DNA from: Nemertoderma westbladi
Lineage: Eukaryota; Animalia; Xenacoelomorpha
Direction: 5' to 3'
DNA length: 64,000 bases
NCBI GenBank assembly: GCA_032718475.1
Contig: JAUCBJ010006913.1
Coordinates: 1 to 64,000, forward strand
Below the pieces are notes generated by a model, which had not been told where the DNA came from, made no database searches, and saw nothing but the letters and a program-made list of their open reading frames with translations. Of the stretch, positions 43,711-54,025 are shown in pieces. The position numbers and the translations under genes were made by a program. Numbering within the stretch: the stretch's first letter is position 1; every line of letters starts with the position of its first letter.

Positions 43711-46700
43711 CTGGTAAAAAGCAAAAAGCCTTGAAACTAAAACAAAAGAAGTGAGTAGTAGAGCCAGCCAAGACTCTACTCCTGAAGTACCACCGCTATT
43801 CTGGTACACAAAAAGCATTGAAACTAAAACAAAATAAGTGAGTAGTAGAGCCGGCCAAGACTCTACTACTGAAGTACCACCGCTATTCTGGTACACAAAA
43901 ACCATTGAAACTAAAACAAAAGAAGTGAGTAGTAGAGCCAGCCAAGACTCTACTACTGAAGTACCACCGCTATTCTGGTACACAAAAAGCATTGAAATTA
44001 AAACAAAAGAAGTGAGTAGTAGAGCCGGCCAAGAATCTACTACTGAAGTACCACCGCTATTCTGGTACACAAAAAGCATTGAAACTAAAACAAAAGAAGT
44101 GAGTAGTAGAGCCGGCCAAGACTCTACTCCTGAAGTACCACCGCTATTCTGGTACACAAAAAGCATTGAAACTAAAACAAAAGAAGTGAGTAGTAGAGCC
44201 GGCCAAGACTCTACTCCTGAAGTACCACCGCTATTCTGGTACACAAAAAGCATTGAAACTAAAACAAAATAAGTGAGTAGTAGAGCCGGCCAAGACTCTA
44301 CTACTGAAGTACCACCGCTATTCTGGTACACAAAAAGCATTGAAACTAAAACAAAAGAAGTGAGTAGTAGAGCCGGCCAAGACTCTACTACTGAAGTACC
44401 ACCGCTACTTTGGTACACAAAAACCATTGAAACTAAATCAAAAGAAGTGAGTAGTAGAGCCGGCCAAGACTCTACTCCTGAAGTACCACCGCTATTCTGG
44501 TACACAAAAAGCATTGAAACTAAAACAAAATAAGTGAGTAGTAGAGCCGGCCAAGACTCTACTACTGAAGTACCACCGCTATTCTGGTACACAAAAAGCA
44601 TTGAAACTAAAACAAAAGAAGTGAGTAGTAGAGCCGGCCAAGACTCTACTACTGAAGTACCACCGCTATTCTGGTACACAAAAACCATTGAAACTAAAAC
44701 AAAAGAAGTGAGTAGTAGAGCCGGCCAAGACTCTACTACTGAAGTACCACCGCTATTCTGGTACACAAAAAGCATTGAAATTAAAACAAAAGAAGTGAGT
44801 AGTAGAGCCGGCCAAGACTCTACTCCTGAAGTACCACCGCTATTCTGGTACACAAAAAGCATTGAAACTAAAACAAAATAAGTGAGTAGTAGAGCCGGCC
44901 AAGACTCTACTACTGAAGTACCACCGCTATTCTGGTACACAAAAAGCATTGAAATTAAAACAAAAGAAGTGAGTAGTAGAGCCGGCCAAGACTCTACTAC
45001 TGAAGTACCACCGCTACTTTGGTACACAAAAACCATTGAAACTAAATCAAAAGAAGTGAGTAGTAGAGCCGGCCAAGACTCTACTCCTGAAGTACCACCG
45101 CTATTCTGGTACACAAAAAGCATTGAAACTAAAACAAAATAAGTGAGTAGTAGAGCCGGCCAAGACTCTACTACTGAAGTACCACCGCTATTCTGGTACA
45201 CAAAAAGCATTGAAACTAAAACAAAATAAGTGAGTAGTAGAGCCGGCCAAGACTCTACTACTGAAGTACCACCGCTATTCTGGTACACAAAAAGCATTGA
45301 AACTAAAACAAAATAAGTGAGTAGTAGAGCCGGCCAAGACTCTACTACTGAAGTACCACCGCTACTTTGGTACACAAAAACCATTGAAACTAAATCAAAA
45401 GAAGTGAGTAGTAGAGCCGGCCAAGACTCTACTCCTGAAGTACCACCGCTATTCTGGTACACAAAAAGCATTGAAACTAAAACAAAATAAGTGAGTAGTA
45501 GAGCCGGCCAAGACTCTACTACTGAAGTACCACCGCTATTCTGGTACACAAAAAGCATTGAAATTAAAACAAAAGAAGTGAGTAGTAGAGCCGGCCAAGA
45601 CTCTACTACTGAAGTACCACCGCTACTTTGGTACACAAAAACCATTGAAACTAAATCAAAAGAAGTGAGTAGTAGAGCCGGCCAAGACTCTACTCCTGAA
45701 GTACCACCGCTATTCTGGTACACAAAAAGCATTGAAACTAAAACAAAATAAGTGAGTAGTAGAGCCGGCCAAGACTCTACTACTGAAGTACCACCGCTAT
45801 TCTGGTACACAAAAAGCATTGAAACTAAAACAAAATAAGTGAGTAGTAGAGCCGGCCAAGACTCTACTACTGAAGTACCACCGCTATTCTGGTACACAAA
45901 AAGCATTGAAACTAAAACAAAATAAGTGAGTAGTAGAGCCGGCCAAGACTCTACTACTGAAGTACCACCGCTATTCTGGTACACAAAAAGCATTGAAATT
46001 AAAACAAAAGAAGTGAGTAGTAGAGCCGGCCAAGACTCTACTACTGAAGTACCACCGCTACTTTGGTACACAAAAACCATTGAAACTAAATCAAAAGAAG
46101 TGAGTAGTAGAGCCGGCCAAGACTCTACTCCTGAAGTACCACCGCTATTCTGGTACACAAAAAGCATTGAAACTAAAACAAAATAAGTGAGTAGTAGAGC
46201 CGGCCAAGACTCTACTACTGAAGTACCACCGCTATTCTGGTACACAAAAAGCATTGAAACTAAAACAAAATAAGTGAGTAGTAGAGCCGGCCAAGACTCT
46301 ACTACTGAAGTACCACCGCTATTCTGGTACACAAAAAGCATTGAAACTAAAACAAAATAAGTGAGTAGTAGAGCCGGCCAAGACTCTACTACTGAAGTAC
46401 CACCGCTACTTTGGTACACAAAAACCATTGAAACTAAATCAAAAGAAGTGAGTAGTAGAGCCGGCCAAGACTCTACTCCTGAAGTACCACCGCTATTCTG
46501 GTACACAAAAAGCATTGAAACTAAAACAAAATAAGTGAGTAGTAGAGCCGGCCAAGACTCTACTACTGAAGTACCACCGCTATTCTGGTACACAAAAAGC
46601 ATTGAAACTAAAACAAAAGAAGTGAGTAGTAGAGCCGGCCAAGACTCTACTACTGAAGTACCACCGCTATTCTGGTACACAAAAACCATTGAAACTAAAA

Positions 46701-47283
46701 CAAAAGAAGTGAGTAGTAGAGCCGGCCAAGACTCTACTACTGAAGTACCACCGCTATTCTGGTACACAAAAAGCATTGAAATTAAAACAAAAGAAGTGAG
46801 TAGTAGAGCCGGCCAAGACTCTACTCCTGAAGTACCACCGCTATTCTGGTACACAAAAAGCATTGAAACTAAAACAAAATAAGTGAGTAGTAGAGCCGGC
46901 CAAGACTCTACTACTGAAGTACCACCGCTATTCTGGTACACAAAAAGCATTGAAACTAAAACAAAAGAAGTGAGTAGTAGAGCCGGCCAAGACTCTACTC
47001 CTGAAGTACCACCGCTATTCTGGTACACAAAAAGCATTGAAACTAAAACAAAAGAAGTGAGAAGTAGAGCCGGCCAAGACTCTACTACTGAAGTACCACC
47101 GCTATTCTGGTACACAAAAAGCATTGAAACTAAAACAAAAGAAGTGAGTAGTAGAGCCGGCCAAGACTCTACTCCTGAAGTACCACCGCTATTCTGGTAC
47201 ACAAAAAGCATTGAAACTAAAACAAAAGAAGTGAGTAGTAGAGCCGGCCAAGACTCTACTACTGAAGTACCACCGCTATTCTG
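43711..47283. repeat. 87-bp satellite, right block, about 41 copies
   Basis: Same unit as the left block; first unit degenerate; enriched in aaatca and ctactttgg variants. Confidence 0.99.
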
Positions 47284-48291
47284 AACAACATCAGCATTTA
47301 AATCAGGAAATGGGAAGACAGTAACCAGAAAGTCGTTAATAATTACTGTAATTACTGCAGTATCATAGTTAAATGTAAAAAAGTATTAAAAATTAGTAAA
47401 AATAGTGTAGATGTAAGTAGTATGTATAGTATACACGGGGAGGGGGCTTTATGCTAATAGCAATGGTCAATTAATATTTCGTATCATGTTAAAATCTCAA
47501 TTAAGAGAAAGGAAGGGAGTATGTTACAGTGGCAATAATATCATCCTAATTCATTAGTTATTATCACCGATAAAACTCACCCGTTGAGGAAAAATTATGA
47601 AAACAGCCAAGTCATCCTGTACGGAATATAATTATAGGAATTCCCCCCCCCCCCCCCCCCCCCCCTTCACTAACCCTCCACTCTCCTGAGCAACCCTTGT
47701 TGTTAAGTGTCTGGCCCTCGGCTTCACTAAAGTCAGTTAAAAGCTACAGTATGATTTATTTCGGCGCAGATTAACTAAGAGCAGCTGAGGAACTCGTTTC
47801 TACACCCTCAGATATCCATTAACTCAACGGTTAATCACTGATACCCACTGGGGCGACCAGCTCCCCTACCGGTAGCCAGCTACTCTACTCTACAGCTATG
47901 GGCCTACAGTATAGCCGGTCCCAGGATCACCATGGCTTATCTGTGCAGCACTTAACCTTCGGATACAGAGTTGGCGGATTAAATGCTGCGGGTTATCTAC
48001 GTGGGGGAAAAACGAATCAGTGGAAAATGCGTTAAAATCCCCAGAAATGCTAAGAAACTATCGGATTTGTGTTGGATAGTGTACTCTATATTACATTTTG
48101 AGAGATTAGTGACGATTCAATACTCAACTATACAGTATAATTAAGTTTGCTTAGGTACTGTATATTACAGTAGTTGCTAATAATACTGTATATAATGTAA
48201 ACTGTTGAATATATGACTAATGGAACACTTTCCAGTAATACAGTAAGAAGTATAGCGTCTCACTAGGGCTATTGTATATTTACATCGTACT

Positions 48292-48553
48292 TACTACGAG
48301 GATCGGCATGCTGCATTGCAGCTGCATAAGGATGCTGTGCCGGGTTTTCCACATAATTGCGCCGCCACAACTCCCTATCACCCATGACATTTGCTAGATC
48401 AGCCGCATCTTCAAGGCCAGTGTCCTTTAAGATGCGTCTCCAGAAAGTCATGGGCTGTCCACCATGCTTATTCACTCCATGAGGCTGCCAAAGTACAAGA
48501 TTATGCACTGGCTGGTCCTCACCGCGAAAGCAATATCCTGCAAAGCGGAGGCG
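48292..48553 (-). mobile_element. Short 3' fragment of the same RTE-like LINE family as 22983-23933, inverted
   Basis: HNLVLWQPH...ILKDTGL...DLANVMGDRELWR and the 3' UTR gcagctgcaatgcagcatgccgatcc are shared; TSD ATTTACATCGT(A/G)CT at 48278-48291 and 48554-48567. Confidence 0.9.
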
Positions 48554-48831
48554 ATTTACATCGTGCTATACTGTACATAATCTATATCTGGATCAAATTG
48601 GAGATTAAACTTTGTTATGAAATATTTACTGATATACTAGTGTCAAATGTCCCAACCTGAGGAACTTTGATAAATATGAAAAATAAATATACAAGATTAT
48701 ATATCAGACATATTCTGTAAACTTTAACATAATACCATAAATAGTTGACGATCATTTTCATATATCCAAAAGAAATGTTAATGATACATATGAAAGGGGG
48801 TTACAGTAACTATTTTAATTTCCTTTTTCAG

Positions 48832-49079
48832 ACACTCCTGCTGTTAATATATCGGTCAGCAGTAAAGTCCAGTACATTCAGCTGGGCAGTAGAGCTGAAC
48901 TGGTGTGCGACAGTAGAGGTTACCCTGAGCCTGACATACACTGGAGCAGACTGGAGGCGCCTCTACCGGGAAGCACTAAGGTCGACGGGGGCCGTCTGGT
49001 CATACAGTCTGGAACTGCAGAGGACGCCGGCACATACAGATGCGTGGGCGTAAATGATTTCGGTTCGGCCCAATCTGAG
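48832..49079 (+). CDS. Internal coding exon: Ig I-set domain of a multi-Ig protein (perlecan/hemicentin-like)
   Basis: Acceptor tttcctttttcag, donor GAG|gtgcgt. Translation (D)TPAVNISVSSKVQYIQLGSRAELVCDSRGYPEPDIHWSRLEAPLPGSTKVDGGRLVIQSGTAEDAGTYRCVGVNDFGSAQSE has the canonical C, W and DxGxYxC. Its phase-1 start matches the upstream exon. Confidence 0.92.
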
Positions 49080-49083
49080 GTGC

Positions 49084-49395
49084 GTGGAAGTTGTTGCCTA
49101 GGATACATACAGTATAGTGGAAGTTGTTGCCTAGGATACATACAGTATAGTGGAAGTTGTTGCCTAGGATACATACAGTATAGTGGAAGTTGTTGCCTCG
49201 GATACATACAGTATAGTGGAAGCAAAAGCCGTTGTCTGGGATATATACATACAGTATAGTGGAAGCAAAAGCCGTTGTCTGGGATATATACATACAGTAT
49301 AGTGGAGGTTAAAATGGCTGTCTGTCTAGGGTACATGTACATGTACTACTAGTTAAAGCTGTTGCCTAGGATACATATACAGTAGTGGAAGTTAA
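49084..49395. repeat. 33-bp minisatellite (about 4 good copies plus degenerate longer units) abutting the splice donor
   Basis: gtggaagttgttgcctaggatacatacagtata repeated. Confidence 0.9.
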
Positions 49396-49698
49396 TGTGG
49401 TTCTCTTCTCTCTTAGATACGTATTAGTGGAGTTTGTTGTTGTTGTTGTTTGCAGTTTATTGAATGTCCAGGCCTACTTTATATATTTGTTTTTATATGT
49501 ACTGTACATATATGTTATGTCTTTGCTGTGTGTTGAATGTGTGACAATCATATAATATTTAACAATAGGGTTGTTGGTGCGCAAAAAAAATGTTGTGCTA
49601 GAAACTATTGAATAATGGGTAACAAGGTGGTCTGAATCACGTTTCAATATAAAAAATGTTTCGATATAAAATATCAATTCACGTCACGTTTCAATATA

Positions 49699-49768
49699 TA
49701 AAATAGCACTTGGAGTAGGCCTAGACCTACAGTGTGTGCCAATATGTAAAAAAGCACTTGGAGTAGGC
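49699..49768. repeat. First ~1.5 units of the 48-bp satellite, cut off by the LTR element insertion
   Basis: aaatagcacttggagtaggcctagacctacagtgtgtgccaatatgtaaaaaagcacttggagtaggc matches the array at 63086-64000. Confidence 0.93.
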
Positions 49769-50961
49769 TGTTCGCGCTTTCAGACCTATGGCAGTTTAAC
49801 CCACCAAATTAAGATGTCTTCTAGATATTAAATCGGTTTTTAGTCTATGACAAGTATTTGATTCACTACACTAGTCGAAACCAATCTGTGCGCGATCATT
49901 CACCCGCTGGATATTCCCGGGAGATTGGGTTCGACGGTTTAATTTTATTGCTATGTAAGCCTAATGTATTATTCGACTGACAGTATTATATAATCTCTGA
50001 CAATATTATTCACCTTCGGGAATATTAACAGTTCCTTTAGGACGTGGCGCTTTATCTATATAAACAGAGTTATGACTTAAACTACTCACAACGATATGGC
50101 TCAATTATAATTCACATATATGGCGCATTCTTTAGGAATTGCTTCTTTAACAGACTCACTCATACACAATGCTGCACAATACTGCACACTAATCTGCCAA
50201 TCTTCACTGATTTTAGTCACATATAAAAGGAACACAGACTGACTCATGTAGGGTCTATCAAATAACATTATATTCAATTCAAACCACTTTAACATAAGTC
50301 ACAATCGTTATTGGTAACCTTTCTCTCTTACCTTCGGTATATCAAGAATATTGGGTTTCGGGGTTATTTATCGTTATTCCAAATATAATAATTCATCAAC
50401 CATATTATGAAGAACTGACAGTAAATAGCAGTATAAAACAACAATGAAAACACTGATTGTTATGAGTTTGCAATGTTTCAGCAGTCAGTATGTATGATCA
50501 GTTAGCAGTTAAAGGATATATGTCTTTATAATTAAACCTACTAGTGTAAGACTAAAAACTGAAACACGGAGGTGCCAAAAGCCGGTTCTTAGGCTCTGGG
50601 CAAAAACATAACACTGAACTACTGAGTTTCTGTATATACCTCCAACACAGAGACAACAAACGCTCTGATTGGTCAACCTGAACAACGAGAGAACAAAGAA
50701 ACAAAGAAACGTCGACGTGGCAATATCAGCTGCTAGCCGACGTCATGGTAGCGACACTGTTTTCAAGAGTATCGAGCTTTTACGTCACGGAATTACGGAT
50801 TATGTCCTCTAAAGTACAAATACAGAAGAAATAGCTTTTATGTCCGCTAAAACACCAGTACAGCAAGGACACGGCCTTTTTATGCCTGGTAAACCAACTA
50901 CAGAGTATTTTACGGGAAAAATAAGGAAAAATAACCGGACAATTCAGCAAAAGCTTTTACA
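49769..50961 (-). repeat. 3' LTR
   Basis: Direct repeat of 61893-63085; the only difference seen is G50093 versus A62217. Confidence 0.97.
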
Positions 50962-50969
50962 CCGCTCCC
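50962..50969 (-). other. Short polypurine tract (GGGAGCGG) preceding the 3' LTR
   Basis: Plus-strand ccgctccc directly abuts the LTR; supports minus orientation. Confidence 0.65.
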
Positions 50970-53900
50970 AGAAAATGGGATTTTCAGTCTATAAAATATA
51001 AAAATCACAGTTTCTAAAACATAAAGATACTCTAAACAGTTAGTCTTTCTTACGCAGACGGCGTTTACGCAGTTTTTTGAGGCTAGCAAGAGTCTTTTTC
51101 TCTTTGGGGGGAGCCACTTTACTAGGAGGGCCATAACTCCTGGGTGAAGGGTGCAATATGATTGCATCAGAAGGTGTAGGATTGTGGTCGAGGTATCTGC
51201 CGTTTCGATATGCTTCTCCTCGAGCTGATTTTCCTCCGCTCGTAGCTGGATACGTTCATCCAAAAACTCTCGCAGAGAATAGGATCGTCCAAGTTCGATA
51301 ACTTCTTAGAGATTCTGGATTTCCCAATCGAATTGAGATAAGGCCAATTCGTTTATCGATTGGACTTACTGTTATAACTTACGTTTATCTGAACAAACGC
51401 AGGTTTCCTTTTTGATCTTTATAGAATATCGTTTAACTCGTTTCGTACAACGCTCTCCTTCACCTTGATGAGGGGTTGTATCGCGTTAAACGTGGACGAC
51501 CATACGGTTGGATAGTGATATTAGGTGTCTGCGTCACAATCCGGCTAGGTAAGATGAGCGGCTAGCTAGAAATCACTGTCGAAGTGTTACCGATTAATTG
51601 TTAGGGTAGCACTAGATCTTTGAACAGTGAATACAGTCCGCGAGGATCCGCGACACCACCAGGATCGCAGGTCTGAGGTCCAACTAAGGAATGAGGAGGT
51701 TTGACCGAGTATTCCGGGACTCTGATCGTAGGTTTACTCCAGGATCGTTCGAGCCGAGTGAGCATAGGTGATACGTCAAACAAGTTTCGCTCGAAACTCC
51801 AGTAAATATAACGAACACAACTGTGTTTAACACAACGTTTCCGTGGATGTTTATGTCTTTCCGTTTATTGGCTGGGTCTAGGGCATTTATCGTAATAATA
51901 CCAAAGACGCACGTCTGGTAGGGGAAACGCGGATGATATTTATTTGTTGTTACAATGCTTCTATCAAGAATTCCAAATATATGTTGGAGTTACTGCGTTT
52001 ATTTGTTTCTTTAATGTCTTTTCTTTCGAGCCGATTTCGAATAGAATTTTCGCATTCGAATTTCAGTTTATGGTTCCGACTCCGCTGGGCAAGATATATA
52101 GTCGACATAGTCCGTATTGTGTAAATCGATAGAATGACCAGTAGTTAAGAAGCCCATATACGTACCATTACGCTGCGTATATCGAGCAGCGAATTTTCTA
52201 TAGTCCAACTCTCGCGAGAGCTGCACTTGGGACATTGTCGGTTCGATATAACGACCATCGTCCTCTGCAGCAGTTGGACTAACGTCGCCGCGTATTAAGC
52301 TATCAACAAACGCTTGTAAAAGTAGAGTATATCGCTCCCCGATACCAAGACCATCTTCTATCAACTCCGTCATATCTGCTATATATGAGTTTATCCATAT
52401 TATAATGAGTCCACATTTAGGCGAGCGGGCGTCGCTGCCTACCCCAATCAACCCCCGGACAGTACGAGATCCTCAGCGCCGATGTGTCGTCGCCGCTGTA
52501 CTTTCGCCAACGACGTAGCCGCACAACGACAACGACAACCGGCACAAGTCACTCGACTGTCCGTCCCAAAGGCTTAGATGTACTTCAGGTATTCCTTGGA
52601 GAGTTAGGTTACTTTACGATTGCGACTAGCTACTGTAAACACACTTTAGCAGTAACATTCACCTATAAACTCACAAATACCACACAACTGGTCACAACTA
52701 CGCACATTCGGGCCATTTGTCCGTTAGTCAATGCCTTCCAGAATGTCACTGTATTATTATGTATCCTTGGATACTAGTAGTGCGCTATTTATTCCCTATG
52801 CTATTCAATGGGACAAGCTTTCTATTGTTCTTTTGACTCAATTCTAATTCTAGCGTGGTTGTTGCTATGGTGACATTATGCAAAGCTAGCGGTAGAATTA
52901 GGGTGATTCCAATGCATACAGATCTGGGATGTTATTTAATAGTATTCTTTAATAGTCAATGTTCTGTTTTATACATGACTTTATGAATTTTATCGGCTAT
53001 TGACTATGTTTGGGAGACTTTCACACACTCATACGCATGATAAGATAAATCTCCGCTCCCTTGATCTATTAATTAATGGAATTTTGGGAACTTTATAAAT
53101 TGCGTAAAAATGGCAATTTATTAAATTCATTAAAAGGCATGAATTTAAATTTATTCCCTGAAATTTTATTATTTGATAATTAAATGGACATATTTTGATT
53201 CTAGAACATGTCTAGGGACACAAGATCCTTAATTCTATGACAATTGTCTTTTTTAAGAATATCGGTAAATGCTACGATATCTTAATTGACTAGAATTGCT
53301 GAAGGATCTGAATTTTACAGATTTTGATTTATTAGATTTGCAAATATTAAATAATTAATATTTGAGATGGGCACCGATTTATTCCAGAACTTGTCTGGGG
53401 ACGTTAACCACTGATTCTAGAATTTGTCTTTCAAGTATATCGGTGGGTGCCGCGATATCTTAATCGACTAGAATTACAGATGGTCAAAGGGTTTAACAGA
53501 TTTATTTTGCGTGATACGCTACTGTTAAAGGGACATCACGCTACTATATGTATTATTTAATATACGGTATGAGAGCAATATCGCACGAAGCAATGTCAGT
53601 GTGAAGAGGCAAGTCGTTTCCAAGGTCTACCCAGAGCTTGGTTTAGCCGAGACACGAGGATCTGAACTTTGCATTCCTAATACTCTGCCTACCAATAATA
53701 CTTAAATATAGTAGTGGCTTTATTGTACTTTAATAAGTACGGACATTTCGTCTTACTGTAGTCACGTATTTATAATATGATACGGACAGTAAGGAAAGAG
53801 GAAAAGAATTATTTCTTGCCGTCGCATTAAATATAATATATACGTAATTAAGTAATAAACACGAATATATATTGCACTAATCTACTAAATAATCGCTAAA

Positions 53901-54025
53901 ATAACATTCTACTGAATAAAATTAAAGAAAACGATTATAATAAAATTACATAGTAATACATACATAAATATAAAAATAATAAAATAATATAAAATAATAG
54001 AGTCACACACCCACTCCATATGTTG

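Noticed and set aside
1373-47283. CRISPR-like appearance of the regular arrays (30-bp units, hairpin repeat)
   Set aside because: No unique spacers and no cas genes; the context is eukaryotic with spliceosomal introns
24144-47283. 87-bp array as a spliced-leader RNA gene cluster (the classic CRE target)
   Set aside because: A donor-like GTGAGT and a hairpin are present, but there is no AG|GT leader end, no Sm site (AU4-6G) on that strand, and no room for a promoter in 87 bp
24113-47284. 5060-aa and 1167-aa ORFs and many SSRAGQDSTTEVPP ORFs
   Set aside because: Artefacts of the 87-bp satellite, interrupted by a retrotransposon, with no unique N- or C-terminal domains
49080-49259. Cys-rich GSCCLGYIQYS extension of the Ig ORF
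   Set aside because: Lies after a GT donor and is just the 33-bp intronic minisatellite read in frame
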